Positions 24,345 through 36,501 of a stretch of DNA of 64,000 nucleotides are shown in pieces (the stretch's first letter is position 1; the number at the start of each line of letters is the position of its first letter). The DNA comes from Mobula hypostoma (taxonomy: Eukaryota). The stretch covers positions 102,798,001-102,862,000 of the forward strand of contig NC_086107.1 in the NCBI RefSeq assembly GCF_963921235.1, in the 5' to 3' direction. The notes below the pieces were generated by a model. The model had not been told where the DNA came from, searched no databases, and was given only the letters and a program-made list of their open reading frames with translations. The translations under genes were made by a program, and so were the position numbers.

Positions 24345-26111
24345 TTGGTGAGGACAAATTTTTAATATTATCTGCAGTTCTTTCAATTTCTACCGAAGCA
24401 CACTTTTTTTCCCGCAGTAGTACAACAGATTTTCCAGTGAACGTGCTGAGTTTAAAGGGAACAGGAAACATACAAATACTCCGGAACCTGGTTGCACTAA
24501 AACGCACTCACATTCCAGACTTTTGGTGTTCTGAACCCCAATCTGGACTCCGGCTGCTAGTGCGGTCTACATACTGGACCCTCCGTACACAGTCTCAACT
24601 ATTGACGGAGTCATACTCTGAACTATTGATATTGGTAACCCGATACAGGCAGAACTCCAGATCAGAGCAATAAATCTCTATCTGGCACTCAGACCCTCCT
24701 GTGATAAAGCCCTTTACTTTCCCAGTTGCTTGCTGAACCTACCGGTCTACTTTCAGTGATCTGTGTACCAGGATGGCCAGGTCTCTCTGAAGCCCACACC
24801 TCTCAACCTCTCTCGTTCCATGTGCCACCTTTATAACTTTTCACTTTACCTCCCTACGTACCTGTGAGGACCTGCCCCTTCCTCCTCACTACCTGCTCTT
24901 CTACCTAGCCATAGGTATCACCAGTTAGAATCTAGTAGGTATATTACTATAGATGCCCTCATTCAAATCACTGCTATAAATAGAGAACATCTGGGTGTTA
25001 GCATCAATCTATGCAACACATCACATCACAGGTCCTAACTAACAGTTCGTTATATGAGTCCTGTTGGTAGGGACGGGGGGTGTCTCAACCTGAAACGTCG
25101 ACTGTTTATTCCTCTCCACAGATGCTGCCTGATCTGTTGAGTTCCTCCAGAATTTTGTGTTTGTTGCTCTGATATGGACCAACTCTTCTCTTTTTGTAAT
25201 AGGGCTACCCTTTCATGCGTGGAATTAGCCTGGTCAATCTCTGTGGGGAGCAGCTTGCAATCATTACAATTAGAATTCGCACTTTGCACCCTATCCATGC
25301 CCCTCATAACTTTTTGTAAAGAGGTCAGAGCTAGCTGAGAGCTTCAAGTTCCCAGGTGTAAAGTTGGCCGAACCTTTCTGCTGGTCCAGCCACATTGATG
25401 CCTCTACTTTCTCCAAAGGCTAAGGAAATCCGGTGTATCCCTGATGACTCCCACCAGCTTTCACAGATGCACCAAAGCAAGCATCCTGCACAGATGCATC
25501 GTGGAAGTTACTTTGTGCCAAAGCCCAACGCACTGCAGAGGGTTATGAATACAGTCCAGCCTTCACACAATCCAGCCTCCTCCCTTCCACTGTCTCTGTT
25601 TAAACTTCTAATGCCCCAGGAAAGTGGCCAACATGACGATGGACCCTTCCCAGCTCAATTATTCTCTCTTCTCTGCTCTCCCATCTGGCAGAAGTTTATG
25701 AAAGAAGAGCACATATCACCAGAGTAAGGACTGCTTTCACTTCACTGTGATCCAACCCTTGATGAGACCCCTCAGAAGCCCTCGGTTAATGGTAAGGCTC
25801 TGTGGCACAACAAAGGTTGGGAACCCCTGCTCTAGAGGATAAACTTTGATCTCCCAGTCTCCCCCACCACCGCCCTCACATTCTGCGTGTCGACTTTACA
25901 ATGCACTTTCTATGCATTTCGATTTTCCTGTTTCACTCATGGAATGATCGGTCTGGCAAACAAATCTAAAGCTTTTTATTGTGCGTCAGTAAACACGTCA
26001 ATGAGAAAAACAACACTAACAAACATCTATCAGTTCATCTCTTCAGCAAAAGGTTAACTACTTTGTGTTTTATATTAAAATTATTTAGCATAATGATACA
26101 TTAATAAGCAA

Positions 26112-26807
26112 CTATTTACGGTAAGGCATCCCTTCTAAGCATGAAGAGTCAGAAAGCTTAAGGTCCTTTGTCATCAGCTGTTGCCGCAGTGGCTTTTGGA
26201 TGCATGTCTTCCAGGTTTTAAAACACATTAAGGAGCGTTGAAAGAACACCATGATGGCTGGAGGAACCATCTTGGACACTGGCCTCTTCTGCAATTGATG
26301 GAAAAGCTCGATTACCAATTGCAGAGGGTGATGGGGAAGCGAGTTAGTGGAGAACAGTCTCCTGTGGACGGCGGTAGCTACTCTCCGATACACTTTCTCA
26401 GCCCAGCAGGAAGTGGTGGTAGGAACATCTTCACCCTCTGCATCTGGGTGGGACTCAAGGTCTATATCAAACCACTGCTCCTCCAAGACTGGCTCTGGTC
26501 CTGCAGTAGGTAACGCGGCCTGCGACTTGGCCAAGGGTGGGCTGCCAACCTCCCTGTTCTCCACTCTCTGCAGTGTACGCAATGGGACATTATTTTCCAC
26601 CTGATGGCTGGAAAGTTTCATCTTCCTGACTCTGAGCTCCACGTTCCTGGGTACCACAGCTTCTGCCCGAATCTCGTGCTGGTCCTGACCCTCAGGATAT
26701 CTGGGCTTTTGAAGCTTGTAATCCACCGGTTTAAATGAAATGTAATACATAGGGTGAATAAATTTCTCATGCCGCAGTAAGTATATAAGCACTGTTGATA
26801 CGTTCAT
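26112..26807 (-). CDS. Uncharacterised 231-aa ORF (MNVSTVLIYLLRHEKF...EGMPYRK), candidate orphan gene or terminal exon
   Basis: Uninterrupted frame of ordinary composition in sequence with no recognisable repeat. ATG in gccaagATG context, preceded by a pyrimidine tract; AATAAA on the - strand at 25975-25980. No family recognised. Confidence 0.5.
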   Translation of the reverse strand: MNVSTVLIYLLRHEKFIHPMYYISFKPVDYKLQKPRYPEGQDQHEIRAEAVVPRNVELRVRKMKLSSHQVENNVPLRTLQRVENREVGSPPLAKSQAALPTAGPEPVLEEQWFDIDLESHPDAEGEDVPTTTSCWAEKVYRRVATAVHRRLFSTNSLPHHPLQLVIELFHQLQKRPVSKMVPPAIMVFFQRSLMCFKTWKTCIQKPLRQQLMTKDLKLSDSSCLEGMPYRK

Positions 26808-27135
26808 CTTGGCGATGAAAGGGCAAAAGCAGAGATTCAGGGCAGATTGAGGGCTAAACAAAATCTCAGGCAGATATTCAGACTGGCTTCCTAGTTGATC
26901 AGGTAACCACGAAGACTGTAGACATCAAATGGCAACAGCTGATACCCTGACGACACCAAGCAATGTCACAATGGCTTCATACCTGGCAGTGTGACCTCAT
27001 CAAGACCCAAGGGGGGAGGGGGACAGCTTTCCCCAAAACACAAACTTGTGGCCAACAACCAAACGAGAGAACCACTTCAGAAGGAGGGAGATGCAGGGAG
27101 ACAGATTGAAAGATATAGAGAGGGGGGGAAAGACA

Positions 27136-27183
<48 letters not shown>

Positions 27184-27366
27184 GAGACGGGCAATTCTGA
27201 GGCATCATTCCCAAACTCGGGATATTTCAAAGGACATTTGCAAAATACTAAGCATTTCCTTGAATGGTCACCAGTGTAACATAGGAACACATCTGTAACA
27301 GAGTGAAGTTACAAAGAATGAGACGGGAGATCAGTCAATCTGAAACTATAGGGTATAAGCAAAAGA

Positions 27367-27444
27367 CTTTTGGCCTGCTGCGTTCACCAGCAACTTTGAT
27401 GTGTGTTACTTGAATTTCCAGCATCTGCAGAATTCCTGTTGTTC
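27367..27444 (+). mobile_element. 78-bp Penelope-pLTR terminal fragment
   Basis: Matches the pLTR 3' end. 16-bp TSD GGGTATAAGCAAAAGA at 27351-27366 and 27445-27460. Confidence 0.85.
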
Positions 27445-27630
27445 GGGTATAAGCAAAAGAATAGATCCAGCACCCACTCATTCTGACCCAAACCTCCCGT
27501 AGTAATATGCAAATCCCAAACACTAAACCCTGTTCTTCACACAAGTGTCTACCAGTAACTATCACCCCAATCACTGAGCAGTAACCCTGTCTCTGATCAG
27601 AGGCTGTAACTTGTTAGACAAACCCTCAGC

Positions 27631-30460
27631 CACTGATTCCCAATGGGGGTGGCACCACCCTCTCTCCCCCCTCCCCCCAGGGGTGGTTACATCTCCTAAG
27701 GGGGTGTTAGGGGAAATAGAAGTTGTCAGGGGGCATTCAAGATTCTTAGGAGGGGCGGTAAGTGGCACCCTAACTTGAAGCATGAGACCTGACCGGCCGT
27801 TAGCAGAGCAGACATTAACAAAAAGGACGAGGCCCTGAAACTCAGAAAGAACCACAGCTCAGCCAGCGGCGAACACTCATCGTCACAACACATCTGAAAC
27901 TCGGCAATCTCACCCAACCTTACCAACCAAACAGACATTATTGGGGATGTGTAAATTAGCAACCAGGGCTTCCAACAGTTCCCCTTGACTCCCGGCATGG
28001 AACGAGTTCGTGCAAAATAACAGTTGATAAGTCAAGTCCACCCTCTCCACTTTCTCTACAGATCTACGGAAAGCAGGTCGCACAATGGTACAGCGCTGGC
28101 TGGAACCAAACGGTGAAGTAGAGCCAATCAGTGAACCTGCCGGCCCTGAGGATGCCTCTTGAGGTGTTCAAAGAGACCCCGGCTTCATATGCGTGGTCAA
28201 GAGCCATCTTCAGGGATTATGAGACCACTACCTGATTGGTCAATCACGCTGACTGGAATAGTATAAAGGTAGCTTTGCCAAGCACCAGCTCTATCCTGAC
28301 TAACGTTCAGATTCTAATCTGAATCCTTGTCAACATAGTCTTCGCTGTTGTGATCGTCTTCATCCTGGCCTCGCCGTTCCTTTGCGTGCCGCTACCATCG
28401 ATCCATCCCCGTCAACTCACTGCCATCGTCAACATCCCATAGGCATTCCCAGTTTGTGTTATTTTTTAAAATTTTAATTTAGCCCCATTATGATGGATAT
28501 ATACATCAATTTCTGTGAGCCTGAAGGAGGTGAAGCCTTGAATTCTAATCCTGCTGAGAAACAGAAACTACTGAAAGTGCGTCAATAGGATGTTACTTAC
28601 CTGGAGTGTGGTTTCATTCCGTTCCCATCACATCAGCGACGCCCCATATGTCTTATTTGTAATACTATACTGTCTAATGAAGCCGTGAAACCATCAAGAT
28701 TGCACGAAAAGACACCCTGAAAAGGCTACGTGTGGTGTTACTCAGTTCCAGGAGATGAAAGGAGCATTTGAAAAGCATTGCACTTATCATTTGCCGAGAA
28801 AGCTAAAAATGACCTTGATAATGGTCTCATTGCTTCTTATAACATTTCCAAAATGATAGCAAGGTGTGGAAAATCTCATACAACTGGTGAAAGATTAATA
28901 ATGCCTGCTGTATCAGAAGTGCTCACCACTGTTCTCAAAATCATACCAGTATTTTAAAATCAATTCCTCTGAGTAATAACTCTGTAGCTCATCATATTGA
29001 CAAAATGAGTGAAGACATTGAGCATCAACTATGCACCGAGCCACAAAAAACAGAAATTGGGGTACAACTGGATGAGATAACTGTGCGAGACAATGAGGCA
29101 TTGCTAATGGCGCATGTACGGTTTATCAAAAATGGAAAAGTTTATGAAGAAAATTTCTTTTGTAAGAAGTTAAAAATATCAATGGAGAATCAATCTACGA
29201 CAAGCTCAAAATGCATATTGAGTATAAAAGTATTCCGATTAGGAATGTGATTTCTTATGCAACAGGTAGAGCTTCATATATGACAAGTCACCATGCTGGT
29301 TTAGTAGCATTTATGAAAAAAAAGATTCCAAGTCTGTTTACAATCCATTGTGTAATTCATCGTCAACATCTCACAGCCAAAAAACTCAGCCGCAACTTCT
29401 TCCAAGTTTGACTCTTCTAATATCTGGTATCAACAAAATTAAAGCTCATTCACTAAATAGCAGAATATTTCGCCAATTACTCCAAGATAACGATGAAGAA
29501 CTTGAATGCTTCTTCTTCACACTGAAGTGCACTGGCTGTCAAAAGGCTGCTGCTTAAAATGTTTCTTTGATCATTGATCTTATTGACACTATGGTTGAAT
29601 TTTTGCTCAAAGTTGACAAGATCTTGGGAGATGTGGCATACCTAGCCAATCTTCACGACAAAATCCACATTCTAAATATGAATTTGCAGGGTGAGAATTT
29701 CAATTTAATCCAGGCAAAAAGTGTAATGTCCAGTGTCCTTTTATCAGAAAGTTGGAAATATATAAGCAAAACATTAGGAGAATAATGTTCTTACAGTTTC
29801 CCTCTCTTTCACAGACTGTGATTTGCAAGAATACTGCTTACACCTACAGCCACTGAAGAAGGATTTTCAGAATTGATTCAAGGACTTCAATGATCTGCAA
29901 ATGCCGGACTGGGTAATTAACCCATTTCTTTGCAAGGCAGAAGAACAGGAAGAGAGCTTCCGTGAAAAGAGTTTCAAAATTCAAGAAGCAAAAGTGCTTT
30001 TCGAAAATGTTGGCTTTTGTGGTATGTGACTGCACTGTCATACAACGTCCCCTGGTCTTTGGAGAAGAGCCAAACTGCTCTTCATTGCATTTCCATCCTC
30101 CCACTCTGTTGAAAGAGGGTTCAGTGCAGTGAACCACATACTCACAAAAAAAAACGGAAGCTGCTTGGACATTGTTACCCACGGGGCTTTTGCTGTCACA
30201 ACTTGAACCAGATACTTCAACCCTTGCTAAAAACCATCAAGATCAGGGATCACATTGATATAGAAGCTGTGGTACAGCGCACAGGTACTGTTGCAAGTTA
30301 GGTTTAAAGACAAATAAAATTTTAAAGCAGAATCACTTTTCTCATGTTAGCATATGTTTTTACACTATGGGGGCATTGGAAAGTATATTGTGCCTAAAAG
30401 GGGTGTTGGTAACTATGAAAATGCTTTGATTGTGCAAAAAAAGGTTGGGATACACCATTG
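27631..30460 (+). mobile_element. Decayed near-full-length hAT (Buster/Charlie-type) DNA transposon
   Basis: Transposase remnants with stops and frameshifts at ~28490-30260: BED finger YLECGFI..PICLICNTILSNEAVKPSRL, VQLDEITVRDNEALLMAHVRF, TIHCVIHRQHL, DVAYLANL, LFIAFPSSHSVERGFS. Degenerate TIR-like ends cactgattcccaa.. and ..aaaggttgggatacaccattg with GGGG(C/T)RTT subterminal motifs. No TSD seen. Confidence 0.85.
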
Positions 30461-31401
30461 ATGCTTCCTTGATGTTCAGTACAGACTTGTTAGGCCAAAG
30501 GGTGTGCTGTGTGACTCTGTGACCTTACATCTGGACCACCTCACTGAGGCCACAGCTGGTCCTTGTACTTAAGAGGACGTACTTGCCCTAAAGGTATCTC
30601 AGAGAGGTTGAATAGGTTGAACCCTGGGACTGACCAGGGACGGTCTGTACTCATTAGTTCAGAACGAGAGATGGTCTTAGTGAGGCTAGGTGGTAGGAGG
30701 TTGTTTCCCCTCGTGGAAAATCGAGAGCTGGGCAAGGGGACATTGTTCAGAAATAAGGGGTCGTCAGATTAAACCGACGATGAGGAGTTTCATATCTTCA
30801 AGGCCACGGCAGAGGGATCTTCATTCCATGAGGGATCTGAGGAAAGGCAGGGATCCACTAGCGGCCAGCATCATATTTAATGAGGTAGCCCAGAGGGGCC
30901 GAATGGCCTACTCTTTATTCTATGTTTTTATGAAAGGTGTGGGAGAAGGACGAGATGCGCTGGGGGATGCTTTACTGTATTTTCAGCGACTTTTCAAAGG
31001 TAACACAGATGTTCTCACTGGTTCTATTAAGTTGTGGCCAGCAACGTTTTTGAACTGTGGGTGTAGTCGCTTTCCCCACATTGCTTTAGTTAGCCAAGTG
31101 TCTGGGCTGAAGGCCTCTGCCTGGCTGAGCTGGGTGGAATTACAGGTGTCAGAGACCCAGGATCAGATCATTTGTAACAGGGACGGGATGGTGTGTGTCA
31201 GGGCCGGGCTTGAGTGCGTTTGTGTGTGTGTCTGTGTATATGACAGAAAGAGAAGGAGGGAGGGAGGGAGGGGGGAGAGAGAGAGGAATAGAGAGGGAGA
31301 GATAGAGACAGAGAGGGAGAGGATTGAGATAGAGAGAGGGAGAGAGAGAGGATAGAGATAGAGAGAGAGGGAGGGGGAGAGGGATAGCGAGGGAGAGATA
31401 G

Positions 31402-31440
<39 letters not shown>

Positions 31441-32454
31441 AAGAGAGAGAGAGAGAGGGAGAGATGATGGTAGAGTTGGTTGGTCCTGGGTGTGTGTGCA
31501 TGTGTATGTGAATGTGTTTTGGTGGCTGGCGACAGTGGACTGACTAATTCCGGTGTGATAGTCACTCGGTTTCCACATGAACCCGACAGGGGAGACACAC
31601 TGGCAGGAGAAGCGGTGACGGGCAGCTGTAGACCTGATTCGGTGTTTCCTTCCCCTTTTGATGGAAATATTCATCCTGCACACTAATTAGGCTGCGACGC
31701 TCTTGGCCCCTTCACCCAAACCACAGTTAGAGACCCTAGCACTGATCCCTGAACACTTCGAATTTTGCATTGGTTAATCGTCTGTCCCTGTTGTTGAACT
31801 ACCTTCAGTGCCACAACCTTTACCAACCAGTACACCTCCCCTTAACTTCAGAGAACTTTGAGCCATTGATCTGTCTGCTGCAGTACCACTCTGCCACCTG
31901 CTGTCCGTACCCAGAATTGCAGTTAAAGGCGCCGCTCGCGGCCAGGGATTTCAGTGGGAAATATCCATTCAGTTTATGTTGCAAACCTTCACGCACCAGG
32001 AGCTTCCCAAGGATAACCTCATCCTTCTGAAGTACAGCCATTGTTGAAGTGGAGCGATAAAAAACAATATTGGCCAAGGCACCAGGGAAACTTTTCTTGC
32101 TCTTCTTCCTTGGAATATTGCAATGAGACCTTCCATATGCTAGAGCGGGGAGTTTAGTGTCTCTGTTGAAGGATACGTGACCTTTCCTCAGTGTTGTGGC
32201 TGTTGGCTACTCGTCTTTATTAGGCCAACTACAAATATCACACCTCCCAGAGGGGCCGAATGGCCTGTTCCTTCTCTTTGTTCCTACGTTTCTGTGAAAG
32301 GTGTGGGAGAAGGGAGAGGTGAGCCAGGAAACGGTTTATTTTTGTTGACGTTTCAAAGTTAACATGGAAATTCTTGCTGGTTATAGTAAGTCATGGGCGA
32401 CCTTTTGGAACTGGGGACACAGCCTGGTTTCCTCATAGATTAAAATATAGATGG

Positions 32455-32985
32455 AGTGATTAGCGAATTTGCAGATGACACGGACATTGTTGGAACTGTG
32501 TATCATATTGTGAGGAAGATTGTGAAGGGATACAGTAGAAGAGTTCAGTTGGAAATGTGGGCAGAGAAGTGGCAGATGGAGTTTAACACGGACAAGTGTG
32601 AGGTGTTGGAATTTGCGAGGTCAGATGTAGGAGAAAAATATACTTTTGTGGCAGGACCTTTAGGAGCATTATTGCACAGAGGGATCTTTGAGTGCAAGTC
32701 CACAGCTCCCTGAGAGTGGCAACTCAAATGGAAAGGACGGTAGAGAGGCACACAGTGTCCTTGAGGTATGGTGTTGAGCCTAAAAGTCAGGAAGTCACAT
32801 CGCGCCTGTATAAAACTTTAGCTGGGTCACATTTGGAGTATTGTATCCAGTTCTGGTTGCCCCGGGGCAGAAAGGATGCGGAGGCTGTGGAGAGGGTGAG
32901 GAAAAAAAGGTTCATCAAGATGTTGCCTGGATTAGACTATCAGAGGAGGTCCAACCAACTTGGATTATTTTCTCTGGACCATCAG
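32455..32985 (+). mobile_element. Decayed CR1 RT fragment
   Basis: ISEFADDT..WAEKWQMEFNTDKCEV and LYKTLAGSHLEYCIQFW, with frameshifts. Confidence 0.8.
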
Positions 32986-32989
32986 ATCA

Positions 32990-33530
32990 AACTTCCAAGA
33001 GGACCTCAACTTTGTTGTGGTTTGGAGGCTTGCGTGCCTCAGTGACCTGGAGAGCTATGCTGGCTGGAGTCAGGGCTTTGTGCTTTGGCTCTTGGTAGGG
33101 TCACCTATGCCAAACAGGTCAAAGGGTAGAGATCAGACTAAGAGTGGTCCACTGGTCCTCTGGGTTCGGGAGTTCAGCTCAGGGCTAACAACCCTGACTG
33201 GTAAAACAAAACTGTTACGGAAACAGCAATGAAGAACCGTACATCTGAGTGCGACGGTATTCCTGAGTCTCCATCCGGGACTTGTGTGACTGACAGTAGT
33301 GAAAACGGAGAGGAAGCTACTGACACGATGAAGGAAGCCCTGAACACTACCAGAGATGGGGGACCTTCACTGCTGCCCTAAACTCCAATGGTTTAACAGG
33401 TAGTAGGTAAGTATAGGAAGCTGAGGGAAGCCCTGAACACTACCAGAGATGGGGGACCTTCACTGCTGCCCTAAACTCCAATGGTTTAACAGGTAGTAGG
33501 TAAGTATAGGAAGCTGAAGGAAGCCCTGGT
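32990..33530 (+). mobile_element. RTE (Rex3/Expander-like) non-autonomous element; second copy at ~20925-21352
   Basis: Both copies share ccaagaggac..ggagagctatgctgg..gggctaacaaccctgact and a (GTAR) tail. This copy has a 93-bp tandem duplication of its 3' end (ggaagccc at 33333, 33426, 33519). Confidence 0.6.
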
Positions 33531-33757
33531 GGAAGAATGCAAAATTATGAGTCTTAGATAGAATCTTTTTCCCAGAATGGAAATGCCAAGTATTAGAGGG
33601 CGTAGCTTCCTCAGCTTATAGTTAGAGGGAGAAGGGGGAAGATCTGAGGAAGTTTATTAGAGAGGTGGGAGGTGCCAGGGAAAGTGCAGAAGCAGATAAG
33701 AGAGCAGCGTTTAGACAGACGCATGAATAGGCCAAGAACAGAGAGACGCACACCATG

Positions 33758-33971
33758 CAACACACATCAAAGTTGCTGGTGAACGCAGCAGGCCAGGCAG
33801 CATCTATAGGAAGAGGCGCAGTCGACATTTCAGTCCTGACGAAGGGTCTCGGCCTGAAACGTCGACTGCGCCTCTTCCTATAGATGCTGCCTGGCCTGCT
33901 GCGTTCACCAGCAACTTTGATGTGTGTTGCTTGAATTTCCAGCACATGCAGAATTCCTGTTGTTTGCGTTT
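33758..33971 (+). mobile_element. Miniature hairpin Penelope-pLTR element with hammerhead
   Basis: 76-bp inverted arms (33758-33833 and 33854-33929, one mismatch). 14-bp TSD AGACGCACACCATG at 33744-33757 and 33972-33985. Confidence 0.88.
33831..33868 (+). ncRNA. Minimal type I hammerhead ribozyme motif
   Basis: cagtcCTGACGAagggtctcggcctGAAACGTCgactg. Confidence 0.72.
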
Positions 33972-36463
33972 AGACGCACACCATGTGCAGGTTAGTGGGA
34001 GGAGTTAGACTGGCATCGTGGTGAGCACGGACATTATGGGCTGAAGGGCCTGTTTCTGGACTGTCCCACGTCCTCTGTTTGACCAGGTCAGTCCCAACCT
34101 ACAAAGTCCAGCCAATGAAATGGACGGAGCCTTTGATGGTGCGTTCTTACCATTAAAGTTCAAGCCTGGCTCCTGATCACACCTTCCAGCAGATACCAAT
34201 TGAACTAGCATACGTATATATAAAATCCCTCCTTTACTGAGAGACGGGACCTGCTGCTGATAGACGAAGCGAGAAGTATGGAGAACTTCCACAGACGCAC
34301 TGCGGGGAGTACCCTGACTGGCCTGGAGACACCAGTGCCCAAGGACGGGAAAGCCCACAAAAGGTGGCGGATACAGCCCAGTCCATTGCAGGAAAAGCCC
34401 TCCCCACCATCGAGCACCTCTACAAGGATCGCTGTCACAAGAAAGCAGCGTCCATCATCGAGGACCCCCACCGTCCGGGCCATGCTCTCTTCTCGCTGCT
34501 GCCATCGGGAAGGAGGTCCCTCAGCACGAGGCTCAGGAACAGTTATTACCCCTCAGCCGTCAGGCTCCTGGATAACTTCACTTCCCTCAACACTGGCTTG
34601 ATTCCACAACCTACGGACTTACTTTCAAGGATTCAGGATGTTCTCGGTATTATTTATTACTGATTTATTGCTCTATTTTTTTATTTGCTCAGTTTATCAT
34701 CTTTTGCACATTGTTTTGTCAGTCTTTGTGTGTAGATTTTCACTGATTCTATTGTATTTCTTTTTTCTACTGTGAATGTCTGCAGTAAAATTACTCTCAG
34801 TGTACTATGTGGCGAGATACATGTACTTGGACAATAAGTTGGCTTTGGACTTTGAGCTCTGCAATTGCATTGGCTGAGCAACAGGGAAGACTCTCTCAGC
34901 AGTGAATACACCAGGTGCCCAGACTCAGCACTGCATCTCAAGAGGTGGGATGGGGTAACTGCTGCCACCTCTGTCCCAGTGCTGTTGACTCTGCCCTCTC
35001 ACTAGACTCTACCCCCTGACCACAACTTCCCCGGTCTACACGCGCCTAGTCCCACTGTCTGTCTCTCTAGGACCCACTGCAATTCCCGGCAAGGTGAACA
35101 CCCGTGTGGTGGTGCTGCCTCCGAGCTTCAGGGACTTGGGTTCAATCCTGACTTCGGACGCTGTCTGGGTGGAGTTTGCAGGTTCTCCCCACAACTGTGC
35201 GGATTTCCTCCAGACGCTCCGCATTTCTCCCACATCCCAAAGGTGTGCAGGTTGGTGTGGTCATTGGCTTCTGTAAATTCCCCTTTGTGTGCGGGTGCGT
35301 GGTGGAGTCTGGGGAGAATAAAATGGGATTAGTGTAAATGTGTGCTTGATGGCTGGCATGGACTCAGTGGGCCAAAGGGCCTGTTTCTGTGCTAGATAAC
35401 TCTGTGATTTTAGATTAGATTATGAGAACAGTCAGTCCTCGTTTATTGTCATTTAGAAATGCATGCATGCATTAAGAAATGATACAATGTTCCTCCAGAG
35501 TGATATCACAGAAAAACAGGACAAACCAAAGACTGACACTGACAGACCACATAATTATAACATATAGTTACAGCAGTGCAAAGCAATACCATAATTTGAT
35601 GAAGAACAAACCATGGGCACGGTAAAAAAAGTCTCAAAGTCCTGATCGACTCTCGAGTCCCCGATAGCAGGCGGCAAAGGGAGAAACTCCCTGCCATAAA
35701 CCTCCAGGCACCGACAACTGCCAGTGCATTGGAAGCAGCCGACCACAGCCGACACCGAGTCTGTCCGTCCGAAAACTTCGAGCCTCCGACCAGCCCCTCT
35801 GATACAGCCTCCCGAGCACCATCCTCTGCCGAGCACCTTTGACCTCGCCCCAGCCACCAAAACAAGCAAAACCGAGGATTCGGGGCCTTCTGCTCTGGAG
35901 GTTCCAGACCACACAGTAGCAGGGGCAGCAACTCCATGACTTTATGACTCTTTGGTCCATAACTCTGTAACTACCCCCATGGTACTCCGGAAATCCACTA
36001 ACAGTGATCATGAATGGACGAGCTCAAGACGCTGGAGTGGGATTTGAGCTCACCACCTTCTGACTGGTTGAGTGGCAGAATCTACAACTAGGGATGGGCA
36101 ATAAATGCTAGCGATGTCCGGAGTGAGTGTTCAAAGTCAAAGACAAAGCAGATTTATTACCAAACTATGCAGAAACACAAGAAAGTCTGCTGATGCTGGA
36201 GTTCCGGAACGACATGCTGGAGGAGCTCAGCAGCTCAGGCAGCATCCATGGATATAAATAAAAGTCAATGTTTCGGGCCGAGACCCTTCCTTCATACGTT
36301 ACCATATGCAACCCTGAGATTCATTTTCTTGCGGGCATTCACAGTAGAACAAAGAAATACAATAGAATCAATGAAAAACGAGACACAGACAATGTGTAAA
36401 CGATTAACTGTGCAGATCCAAACAAGCAAACCTTTTTATCCTGGCGTCCTCCCCCTTCCTTTC

Positions 36464-36501
36464 CAGTCCTGATGAAGGATCTTGCCCTGAAACGTCGACT
36501 G
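36464..36501 (+). ncRNA. Minimal type I hammerhead ribozyme motif (variant stem II)
   Basis: cagtcCTGATGAaggatcttgccctGAAACGTCgactg. Confidence 0.62.

Noticed and set aside
26112..26861. TOB2/BTG identity for the convergent ORF, expected from mammalian synteny
   Set aside because: No BTG box A/B motifs (e.g. HWYPEKP..G.G.RC, LS.W.DP.EV); no TOB2 coding sequence was seen in the window.
28490..30260. Domesticated ZBED5/SCAND3/FAM200-like host gene
   Set aside because: Multiple stops and frameshifts plus retained TIR-like ends indicate a dead transposon.
30690..31355. 221-aa ORF
   Set aside because: Runs through a decayed CR1 tail, GT repeats and a GA tract; no coherent domain.
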